Positions 18,127 through 25,975 of a DNA stretch of 64,000 nt are shown here, piece after piece. The stretch comes from an uncultured Acidobacteriota bacterium (GTDB lineage: Bacteria > Acidobacteriota > Polarisedimenticolia > Polarisedimenticolales > DASRJG01). Position 1 is the stretch's first letter. Each line of letters starts with the position of its first letter. Where the stretch lies: the NCBI GenBank assembly GCA_964511835.1, contig CAZEII010000004.1, forward strand, positions 64,339-128,338, in the 5' to 3' direction. The notes beneath the pieces are model-generated. The model was not told the origin of the DNA, searched no databases, and was given only the letters and a program-made list of their open reading frames with translations. Position numbers and translations under genes: made by a program.

Positions 18127-19695
18127 TCACACGCCGTCGGGTGGAGGAGCCGGCCGGACGCGAATCGTCTCGAACCTCTTCAGGACGACCAAACCGGGGG
18201 GGCCTCCGCGGGCGCGCCGCACGTATTTTCGACGCGTCCAGTGGACCTCCGCCGCCGCGTGCGAGCGGGCGTCCGAGAACCAGAGGGCGAAGCGTGCCGC
18301 CTCCGCCAGGGTGGCGTTCGGCGGGGCGCCGCGCCGCTCGGGATTCCGTATGACGACGTGCGCGCCGGTGACTCCGGCAGCGTGGAGCCAGAAATCCTCG
18401 GAGCCCGCGATCTTGAACGTCAGCCGGTCGTTGTCCCTCGCGGTCCGGCCGACGAGAATCGTCCAGCCGTCCGAGCTCGAGAGAATTCGGACGCCATGGA
18501 GCTCCGGGGGAAGGAGCCGGCTCGCGGCGCGCGCTCTTCGAGTCGGTTGAGACAGCCCGACGGGGATCCCCGCGCGACGCATCTCCGCCTCCAGGGATTC
18601 GATCCCGGCGAACTCGGCGACCCGCTGGTGGGCCGACACGAGCTCGTGCAGGCGGGTCGATTGCTGAGCGAGCGCCTCCGCCCGGGCAGTCGCCGCATCG
18701 AGACCTCGCCGGGCGCGCCGCTGGCGCTGGAAGAGGTCGTCCGCGAGCTGGGGTAGAGAACGATCCGGCGGGGCCGGAATGAGGACCTCGCCCCCTCGCT
18801 CGTCGTACGGGTCTGGAACGACGACCGCCTCCCCAATCCGGCGCGCCGCTCCCAATCCCGCGAGCAAGGCCTCCCCCATCCGGCCGAACCGTTCCGGGTC
18901 CTCGAACGATTTCAGCCCTTCTCGGACCCTTCTCTCAGCCCGGCCGGTCCGGTCCAGCTCGTGTTGCAAAATCGCTCCCAGGGCGTCGATCCGCGAGCGC
19001 AGACGGGCGGCTTCGGCCCGAGCTTCGTGATAGTGCGCGACCGTCGCCGCCGCTCCTCCGCTCGGCTCGACGACCCTCTTCGCTCCCTCCCAAGCGGGGC
19101 GCCACGGCAGCAGCCGGCCGGCCTCGCCCTCCTCGACTACGATTTCCGACCGCCCTCTCGTAATCGCATCGAGACGCGCCCTCACGATGGAGCCGATCGA
19201 TGTTCGGGTCGCCCGGTGCTCTTCGAAGACAAGCTCGGCAGCGATCTTTCCCAAGCCCATGAATCGGCGGCAGAGAGCCCCCGCGGCGGACTCGCCTCCC
19301 GTCTCAGCTTCAGACACGGCCGCGTCGATCTCCTCCGCTGACGCATTGAACGGATCGTCTCGTCCTGGAGGCAGCGCTCGGGCCGACCATGGTCGTCCAG
19401 GCGTCAGCCGTGCTCGATCGCTCTTGGATGTACGGAGAGCAGCCTGCACGGATCCGTGCTCGCCGAGAGCGACGAGGTTCGCGCCGTTCGGCAAGAGCTC
19501 TATCGCAAGCCCCCGACCGCCGTCGAATTTGAAAAGCAGCGCTCGATCGCAAGGGGCTTTCCGCACGGTCTCCAAGCTGCGGCCCACGAGGCTCCGATTG
19601 ATCGAAACGACGATCGGATCGGGTGACCAGCGGGGTCCGATCCAGCGGCGGATTTCCTCGCCGATCCAGGGTTCCCGCTGCTCGAGAGAAACCAC
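18127..19695 (-). CDS. NFACT family protein (RqcH / fibronectin-binding protein A-like) with C-terminal DUF814 (522 aa)
   Basis: The C-terminus GWTILVGRTARDNDRLTFKIAGSEDFWLHAAGVTGAHVVIRN...AARFALWFSDAR is the NFACT-R/DUF814 signature. A central coiled coil is present. GTG start. The N-terminal NFACT-N region looks divergent. Confidence 0.75.
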   Translation of the reverse strand: MVSLEQREPWIGEEIRRWIGPRWSPDPIVVSINRSLVGRSLETVRKAPCDRALLFKFDGGRGLAIELLPNGANLVALGEHGSVQAALRTSKSDRARLTPGRPWSARALPPGRDDPFNASAEEIDAAVSEAETGGESAAGALCRRFMGLGKIAAELVFEEHRATRTSIGSIVRARLDAITRGRSEIVVEEGEAGRLLPWRPAWEGAKRVVEPSGGAAATVAHYHEARAEAARLRSRIDALGAILQHELDRTGRAERRVREGLKSFEDPERFGRMGEALLAGLGAARRIGEAVVVPDPYDERGGEVLIPAPPDRSLPQLADDLFQRQRRARRGLDAATARAEALAQQSTRLHELVSAHQRVAEFAGIESLEAEMRRAGIPVGLSQPTRRARAASRLLPPELHGVRILSSSDGWTILVGRTARDNDRLTFKIAGSEDFWLHAAGVTGAHVVIRNPERRGAPPNATLAEAARFALWFSDARSHAAAEVHWTRRKYVRRARGGPPGLVVLKRFETIRVRPAPPPDGV

Positions 19696-19847
19696 CAGTG
19701 AGAGCTCTGCCCGATCGGACGCGAAGGTGAAACGGAAGCGATCGGTGCTGTCCTGTCGAAATGCAATCAGACGGGCACCGGGCAGCCTGGACGACCACTC
19801 GACGGCTAGGCAGGTCAGAACGAGGTTGTCGATCTGAGTGACTGTGG

Positions 19848-20363
19848 TTAGTGAGCGACCCGGACCTTGGCGCCCTTGAGCGAGTCGGCCAGAGCGGCAT
19901 CGATCTCGCCCTCGACCTTCTCCAAAGGCTTGTTGCCCGCTTCCGCCAATTCCGAAACCAGAAGGAACCGAGCCCGATCGAGCATCTTGCGCTCGCGATA
20001 GGAGAGCGGCTTGATCTCCGCCAAGATCGTCAGGCTCTTCAGAACTTCGGCGACGGCGCGGATGTCACCGGTCCGCATTTTTTCGGAGTTCGCTTGAAAG
20101 CGGCCCTTCCAATCGTCGTAGGTCGCGACCTCTCCCGTGCGCAGGACGTCCATGACCCGGACGACCTCACGCTTTGTCAGGACTTTCCGCAAGCCCACGG
20201 CGATCGTGTTGCCGACGGGGACCATCACCGTGCTGTCGGTGGAGATGATCCGCAGGCAGTAGAACGACGAGACCATGTCCCCCACGGACTTCTTCGTCAC
20301 CTGTTCGATGACGCCCACGCCGTGATTGGGATAGACGACCTTGTCGCCGACCTTGAAATCCAA
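19848..20363 (-). CDS. carD: CarD/CdnL family RNA-polymerase-binding transcription regulator (171 aa)
   Basis: FKVGDKVVYPNHGVGVIEQV...YCLRI...VMVPV. TTG start at 20363 with GGAGGAG 7 nt upstream. The track ORF 19848..21020 is over-extended. Confidence 0.9.
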   Translation of the reverse strand: MDFKVGDKVVYPNHGVGVIEQVTKKSVGDMVSSFYCLRIISTDSTVMVPVGNTIAVGLRKVLTKREVVRVMDVLRTGEVATYDDWKGRFQANSEKMRTGDIRAVAEVLKSLTILAEIKPLSYRERKMLDRARFLLVSELAEAGNKPLEKVEGEIDAALADSLKGAKVRVAH

Positions 20364-20390
20364 GCGGGGCCTCCTCCGATGTGACGCCGC

Positions 20391-20419
20391 ATGATAGCCG
20401 AAACGAATTGAATCGGCAA
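20391..20419 (-). promoter_or_regulatory. candidate sigma-70-type promoter for carD
   Basis: Minus strand reads TTGCCG-N17-TATCAT, 27 nt upstream of the TTG start. The leader contains GGAGGAG. Confidence 0.4.
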
Positions 20420-20446
20420 GACTTCCGGCCGAACAGCGGCGGCCCC

Positions 20447-20476
20447 TTGACAGGCGGCGAAGGCGGACGATACGCT
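20447..20476 (+). promoter_or_regulatory. candidate sigma-70-type promoter for tRNA-Leu (and possibly pepF)
   Basis: Perfect -35 TTGACA (20447-20452), 18-nt spacer, -10 TACGCT (20471-20476), 13 nt before the tRNA 5' end. Confidence 0.45.
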
Positions 20477-20489
20477 CCGCCGCCGCCGC

Positions 20490-20576
20490 GCCGGAGTGGC
20501 GGAATGGCAGACGCAGGGGACTCAAAATCCCCCGATCCTTGCGGTCGTGAGGGTTCAACTCCCTCCTCCGGCACCA
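20490..20576 (+). tRNA. tRNA-Leu, anticodon CAA, type II with long variable arm, CCA encoded
   Basis: Acceptor stem GCCGGAG/CTCCGGC. Anticodon stem-loop GGGGA-CTCAAAA-TCCCC. Variable arm CGATCCTTGCGGTCGT. T-arm GAGGG-TTCAACT-CCCTC. Discriminator A followed by CCA. Confidence 0.93.
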
Positions 20577-20588
20577 TCGAGGAGCCCG

Positions 20589-22385
20589 ATGAGCGCGCCC
20601 CCCGTTCTCGACGAGACCTGGCAACTCACAGACATCTTTTTCTCGGATGAAATGTTCTGGGAGGAGAAAAAGCGGACGGACAGCGCGATCCGCGCGCTCC
20701 AGGAGTATACCGGGCGCCTCGGCGCCACGTCCGAGGCCATGGCGGAGGCGCTCGAGGCGATCTCCGGCGCGTCCAAGACGCTCGGCCGGCTCCACGCCTA
20801 CGCATCCATGAAATCCGACGGCGACCTCAGGGTCGCGTCCTACCAAGGGATGCGCCAAGAGGTCGAAATCGCGTACACCGAGCTTTCCCGTCGGACGTCG
20901 TATCTCCGACCCGAGATCCTCGGCCTGGGAGGTGGCGTCGTCGAGAACTTCCTGGCGAAAGAACCCAGGCTCGCTCCTTTCGCTCAATTCCTCAAGAACC
21001 TGGTGCGCCAGAAGGCACACGTGCTGACGCCTCCCGAGGAGAATCTTCTCGCCGAAGCGAGTCTCGTTTTGGGCGGCCCGAACCAGATCTTCGGGGTGTT
21101 CAACAACGCCGAGATGCCTCGCCCGACGATCGAGTTGTCCACCGGTGAAAGGACGACGCTCAACCCCGCCGCGTTCTCACTCGTCCGAACCTCTTCCGTC
21201 CGAGCCGACCGCGAGGCAGCTTCCAGGGCGTACTTCGGCGGCTATCGATCCTTCGAGGGGACGTTCGGGTCGAACCTCTTCGAGGCGTTGAAAGGGCACG
21301 TCTTCCGCTCGCGTTCGCGCCGGTACGAGTCCTGCGTGGCGGCGGCGCTCGATGGCGACAACGTGCCGCTCCGTGTCTACACCAACCTCATCGAGCAGGT
21401 CCGGCACCATCTGCCGTCGCTGCACCGCTACTTCCGCCTCCGAGCGCGCGCGCTCGAGCTGCCGCAGCTCAGCTACTTCGACCTCCATTGCCCGCTCAAC
21501 ACGGGTGCGCGACGCCGCTACGGCGTGGAAGAAGCGAAGCGCCTCGTGCTCGCTGCGATGAAGCCTCTCGGCCCCGGGTACGAGAGTGCGCTCAGGGAAT
21601 CGTTCGAGCGTCGCTGGATCGATTGGCATCCCGCCCCGGGTAAGCGCTCCGGCGCTTACGCGACGGGGGCGGCGTACGAAGTGCATCCCTACATGCTGCT
21701 CAACTACAACGGAGACCTCGAGAGCGTCAGCACCCTCGCCCACGAGGCCGGGCATGCGATGCACTCGTACTTCAGCAACCGCAGCCAACCCTACCCGTGC
21801 GCGGATTACAGCATCTTCGTCGCGGAGGTCGCCTCGACGTTCAACGAGGCCCTCTTGGTGGAGCGGATGTTCGCCGAGGCACGGGATCGCGACGAGAAGA
21901 TCTTCCTCCTAGGGCACTGGCTCGACGGCATACGCGCGACGCTCTTCCGGCAGACGTTTTTCGCGGAGTTCGAGCTCGAAATCCACGAGCGGGCGGAGCG
22001 CGGAGAGGCGCTTACGGGAGAGACGCTTTCGAAGCTCTACGTCGATCTCGTCAGAACCTACCAGGGGCACGGCGCGGGGGTGTGCGTCGTCGATGACGTG
22101 TTCGCCATTGAATGGGCCTGCGTTCCGCACTTCTACTACGATTTCTACGTCTACCAGTACGCGACGGGTATCGTCGCGGCCAACAGCCTCGCCCACGACG
22201 TTCTCCGTGGACGGGAGGGCGCGCCGGAGCGCTACGCCCGCTTCCTGTCCAGCGGCGGCTCGGACTATCCGCTCGAATTATTGCGGGCGGCGGGGGTCGA
22301 TCTGGAATCCCCCGACCCGTATGACGCGACGTTTCGCGCGGTGGAGCGGAGGCTCGACGACCTCGAGGCTCTGCTAGACGCCTGA
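20589..22385 (+). CDS. pepF: oligoendopeptidase F, M3B family (598 aa)
   Basis: HEAGHAMHSYF is the HExxH zinc site, and FVAEVASTFNE supplies the downstream Glu. ATG at 20589 with GAGGAG 6 nt upstream. The track ORF start at 20496 lies inside the tRNA. Confidence 0.9.
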   Translation: MSAPPVLDETWQLTDIFFSDEMFWEEKKRTDSAIRALQEYTGRLGATSEAMAEALEAISGASKTLGRLHAYASMKSDGDLRVASYQGMRQEVEIAYTELSRRTSYLRPEILGLGGGVVENFLAKEPRLAPFAQFLKNLVRQKAHVLTPPEENLLAEASLVLGGPNQIFGVFNNAEMPRPTIELSTGERTTLNPAAFSLVRTSSVRADREAASRAYFGGYRSFEGTFGSNLFEALKGHVFRSRSRRYESCVAAALDGDNVPLRVYTNLIEQVRHHLPSLHRYFRLRARALELPQLSYFDLHCPLNTGARRRYGVEEAKRLVLAAMKPLGPGYESALRESFERRWIDWHPAPGKRSGAYATGAAYEVHPYMLLNYNGDLESVSTLAHEAGHAMHSYFSNRSQPYPCADYSIFVAEVASTFNEALLVERMFAEARDRDEKIFLLGHWLDGIRATLFRQTFFAEFELEIHERAERGEALTGETLSKLYVDLVRTYQGHGAGVCVVDDVFAIEWACVPHFYYDFYVYQYATGIVAANSLAHDVLRGREGAPERYARFLSSGGSDYPLELLRAAGVDLESPDPYDATFRAVERRLDDLEALLDA

Positions 22386-22775
22386 GCAGACGAGCCAAGC
22401 CCAATTCGCTGCGAACGCGGCGAACAGCGCGGCCGACCATCCCGGCTTCAGACGCATCGCCAGCGTGGGTGCGGATCCTCCGCAGGCCAGCCAAAGCGGC
22501 GCCACGACCCCTCCGGCGAGAAAGAGCATCGCCCCGGCTGCCGCCAGCGGGTTCATCGCCAGCGCACCGACGGGATCCGCGTGGAGCAATCGCAGCACGG
22601 CGCGTGTCGTGCCGCAGCCCGGACACGGCCATCCAGTCCAGACGTGCCAGGGGCATGGTGGGACGAATCCTGCCGCCTTGAGCCAAATCGGGCGGAGCAG
22701 AATGGCAGCGACCGAGCAGACCGCCCAGAGCACCGCGACTTGGCGGTCCTCACGGTCGGGCCGGCGCCATCTCAC
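22374..22775 (-). CDS. DUF2752 family membrane protein (about 133 aa; start uncertain)
   Basis: PPCPWHVWTGWPCPGCGTTRAV is the DUF2752 signature (CPxxxxxGxxCPGCGxTR). The in-frame GTG at 22775 overlaps the YIP1 stop (GTGA). Its 3' end overlaps the pepF 3' end by 12 nt. Confidence 0.65.
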   Translation of the reverse strand: MRWRRPDREDRQVAVLWAVCSVAAILLRPIWLKAAGFVPPCPWHVWTGWPCPGCGTTRAVLRLLHADPVGALAMNPLAAAGAMLFLAGGVVAPLWLACGGSAPTLAMRLKPGWSAALFAAFAANWAWLVCSGV

Positions 22776-23470
22776 TTGAACTGCTGCAGCGCCTGGGCGA
22801 CGGCTGCGCCGAACGCGGCGATCCCGGCGATCAGGCACAGGCAACAGAGGAGAAGCGGAATGACGATCGCCAGCGCAGCTTTCCAAGGGTCGATCTTGTG
22901 CGCCTGCGACAGCCCGACGACCTCGAGGATCAATCGCCAAACGAATCCGATCAGTCCGCCGAGAAACGGGAGCACGACGGCGAGCTGCGTCGTCTGCGCA
23001 TAGCACATGACCCGGAGCGTCGCGGCGAACCCTTCACGCGCCCCTCCCAGAAGTGTCAGCGTCAGATGAACGAGCGCGCTCCAGATGAAGAGCACGATGA
23101 GCGCGATCAGCGGCGTCACCACGAGCCCGAGGAGCAGCTGGAGTGCACCGGGACGGTGCATGAACGGCGCGAGCTTCTCGAACTGAGGCCCCGCGAGCTG
23201 GCGGGCGATGCCGGCGAGGGTGTCGAAGAGCACGACGCTCCAGAGCTGGCTGACGACCGCGCCGACCAGAGCGAGAATGACGAAATAGGCGATCGGACGG
23301 ACGAGATCGACCTTGAGGCTCATCCTCGAAAACGCGTCGAGCGGACGGACGACGAACTGGACCACGGTCGGAAAGATCGAGCCGAGCCCTGCGGCGGGCT
23401 CTTCCCACGGGAGACCGAGCGTCGGCGCGGGCGGACCGGGATCGGAGCTCATGGGGGGCATCTCGCTCAC
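22772..23470 (-). CDS. Yip1 domain family membrane protein (232 aa)
   Basis: LPWEEPAAGLGSIFPTVVQFVVRPLDAF followed by five TM helices. GTG at 23470 with GGAGG 7 nt upstream. Confidence 0.75.
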   Translation of the reverse strand: MSEMPPMSSDPGPPAPTLGLPWEEPAAGLGSIFPTVVQFVVRPLDAFSRMSLKVDLVRPIAYFVILALVGAVVSQLWSVVLFDTLAGIARQLAGPQFEKLAPFMHRPGALQLLLGLVVTPLIALIVLFIWSALVHLTLTLLGGAREGFAATLRVMCYAQTTQLAVVLPFLGGLIGFVWRLILEVVGLSQAHKIDPWKAALAIVIPLLLCCLCLIAGIAAFGAAVAQALQQFK

Positions 23471-23500
23471 GGGTCGTCCTCCGAAATTGGGCGAAGTCTA

Positions 23501-24196
23501 TCAGAGAGGAAGAGGCGCGAAGCCGATCGCGTCGGCCGCCACGAGAAGGTAGCGAATGCCCTCGCGCTCGCCGGTCACGCCCAACGCGTGGTCGGCGCCG
23601 TGGAGATGGCCGTAAACGCACGTTTGGACGCCGGACGCGCGCAGCACCTCCACGACGGCTGACGGCGCACGCCCCTCGACCCACGGCGGGTAATGCAGCA
23701 TGGCGATGCGCGGAGCCAGCCGGCCGAACCGCCGATCCGCGTCGGCGATCGACAGCTTGAGACGCTCGAGCTCGCGATGAAAGATCGCCGCGTCCTCCGC
23801 ACTCGCCGTCGGATCGTCGGGCGAGATCCACCCGCGCGCCGCGATGACGACGCCGTCCTCGAGCTCCACAGCGTCGTTCTGAAGGGCGTGACATCCGGGC
23901 GGCAAGGCCCGGCGCACTCGCGCGATCGATTTCCACCAGCCGTCGTGATTGCCGCGGAGGAGAAGCTTCCTGCCCGGGCGCGCGCCGATCCATTCGAGAT
24001 CGCCCTGGACCTCGCTCATCGTGCGCGCCCACGAAAGGTCGCCTGGCAGAAGGACCGTGTCGCCCGGCTCGACGAGCGCGTCCCAGGACGCGGCCATGCG
24101 CGCGGCGTGGCCGATCCAGACCTCGCCGAACACGTCCATCGGCTTCGCTCCCGACGACGAGAGGTGGAGATCGGCGATGGCGAACAATCGCGGCAT
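23501..24196 (-). CDS. calcineurin-like metallophosphoesterase (231 aa)
   Basis: MPRLFAIADLHL (DxH), LLPGDLSW (GD), LLRGNHD (GNHD/E), and HYPP...YGHLH motifs. ATG at 24196 inside track ORF 23501..25957. Confidence 0.88.
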   Translation of the reverse strand: MPRLFAIADLHLSSSGAKPMDVFGEVWIGHAARMAASWDALVEPGDTVLLPGDLSWARTMSEVQGDLEWIGARPGRKLLLRGNHDGWWKSIARVRRALPPGCHALQNDAVELEDGVVIAARGWISPDDPTASAEDAAIFHRELERLKLSIADADRRFGRLAPRIAMLHYPPWVEGRAPSAVVEVLRASGVQTCVYGHLHGADHALGVTGEREGIRYLLVAADAIGFAPLPL

Positions 24197-24205
24197 CCCC
24201 GTATC

Positions 24206-25966
24206 ATGCCCCGCTATGGCCGTGGAGATCCGGAGTTGACGCGGGTGGTCGCGAGCGTGCTCCTCCTCGCGGGCGTTCCGCTTCTCACCGGCGCCGCCCC
24301 CGACGCGGAGGAGGAAGCGCAGCCCAAGGAGCTTCACCGCGGCATCGAGTATCAGGGCGCCGCGGGGTTCATGACGCTTTCCGACGTCACGGTGGTCTAC
24401 CCGGCGGGGATCGGCGAGAACGTCCAGAACAACCGCCGCTCGGCCGAAGCTCGGGCCCGGTGGCTCGCGGGGTTCCGCAAGGGCAAGGTCGCCGTCGCAG
24501 CCGACGACCAGCTCACGGACGAGCAACGCAAGGGGAACGTCTTGGTGCTCGGCTGGAACAACCGGTTCTTCGATCCTCCCGGGCCCGAGCGTCCCTACAA
24601 GCACGATCACGACGGGAGCACGTTCCTCGGGATCACCGAGCCCGATCCGACCGTCGATCTCCTCGTCTTCCACCGAAATCCCTTGAATTGGTCGTCGTAC
24701 GTCCTGTTCTGGTCGCGCATCGATCCCGAGCGTGACCGCTTCCAGATCGTCCCGCGGCTTGGATCGGACTGGGGGATGTTCCGAGACTACCGTCCCGTCC
24801 GACAGGGCATGTTCGTTCCGGCCCGCGTGTGGCCGCCGTCCCGCGACAAGGTCGCCGAAGCAGACCACACCGGGGAGGGACGGTTCCGGCCGGGGGGCAC
24901 CAGCTTCTTCGACTCGCCGCACTACCACGTCGTCTACGACCGAACCCTCTTCAGAGAGGGAGAGATCCGGTCGATCGCGCAGACGCGGGAGAGCGCGTTC
25001 GCCAAGGCCGAGAGCCTCCTCGCGCCAGCACCGGAAGGCTTCCGGATCCAGCTGGGCCTCTACACCGCCGAGGACAACAAGCTGGAGGCTTCCGGCGTCG
25101 GCGATCCGAGCCACGCGCTGCCCGCGGCGCGCGAGATTCACATGATCCGCCGCTACGCCGCCTCGGCGACCCCGCGGGAGGAGATTCACGTCCTGGCGCG
25201 TCAGCTCTACGGCCCCTGCTTCATCACGGCGATCTACGAGGGGCTGGCGATCTCGGCCGAGAAGTCGTTCAAGGGGGAAGACATCGAGTTGATCGCGGCC
25301 GAGATGGGAGGGGCCGGGCACCTTCCGAGGATCTCGGACCTCCTCGACGAGGAGCGATTTCGTCGGCTCCCCGACGACGCCCGCACGGCGGCCGCCGGAG
25401 TGTTGATGACCTGGATCCGCCAGACGTTCGGTCCGGCAGGCGTGAAGAAGATCTACGGGACCGCCGACCGGGACGAGGCGGGCTTCGCCGCGGCCCTGGG
25501 GCTCAGCGTCGACGCGGCGACCGCCTCGTTCGCCGGATGGGCGACCGCCCTCGCGGCCGCGCACAAGCCCGATCTCGACTTCGAGACGGCGGAGCGAGAA
25601 GCGCAGCGGATGCGGACGATGTCCGACTGGAACGGCATGGCCGCCGCGCTCAGAAAGGCGCTGGCGGCGAAACCGGGCGACCCGCAGACGACGATCAATC
25701 TCGCCTCCGCGCAGATGAGAGGCAACGATCTCGCGGGGGCCGAGGCGACGCTCAAGCAGCTCTTGAAGGCCAAGCTGCCCCCTTCCGACCTCCGCTTCAC
25801 CACGTTCGGCCACTACCAGCTCGGGCGCGTCTACGACCTGGAAGGGCGCCGCAAAGAGGCTCTGGCTGAATACGACGCCGTGCTGGCGTTGCCGGACGAC
25901 CACAACGTCCATTCCCTCGCGCTCGAGCGAAAGAATTCCCCCGCGACCCGCGACCAACTCGAGTGA
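24206..25966 (+). CDS. uncharacterised exported protein with C-terminal TPR repeats (about 586 aa; alternative TTG at 24236)
   Basis: Signal-like VVASVLLLAGVPLLTGAAP. No family recognised in the first ~450 aa. C-terminal TPR (NGMAAALRKALAAKPGDPQ, FGHYQLGRVYDLEGRRKEALAEYDAVLALP). The 5' part of track ORF 23693..25966 is antisense to the phosphoesterase. Confidence 0.65.
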   Translation: MPRYGRGDPELTRVVASVLLLAGVPLLTGAAPDAEEEAQPKELHRGIEYQGAAGFMTLSDVTVVYPAGIGENVQNNRRSAEARARWLAGFRKGKVAVAADDQLTDEQRKGNVLVLGWNNRFFDPPGPERPYKHDHDGSTFLGITEPDPTVDLLVFHRNPLNWSSYVLFWSRIDPERDRFQIVPRLGSDWGMFRDYRPVRQGMFVPARVWPPSRDKVAEADHTGEGRFRPGGTSFFDSPHYHVVYDRTLFREGEIRSIAQTRESAFAKAESLLAPAPEGFRIQLGLYTAEDNKLEASGVGDPSHALPAAREIHMIRRYAASATPREEIHVLARQLYGPCFITAIYEGLAISAEKSFKGEDIELIAAEMGGAGHLPRISDLLDEERFRRLPDDARTAAAGVLMTWIRQTFGPAGVKKIYGTADRDEAGFAAALGLSVDAATASFAGWATALAAAHKPDLDFETAEREAQRMRTMSDWNGMAAALRKALAAKPGDPQTTINLASAQMRGNDLAGAEATLKQLLKAKLPPSDLRFTTFGHYQLGRVYDLEGRRKEALAEYDAVLALPDDHNVHSLALERKNSPATRDQLE

Positions 25967-25975
25967 AGGGAAAGC

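Noticed and set aside
20496-20588. 5' extension of the pepF ORF.
   Set aside because: It lies entirely within the tRNA-Leu gene. The ATG at 20589 has a GAGGAG SD.
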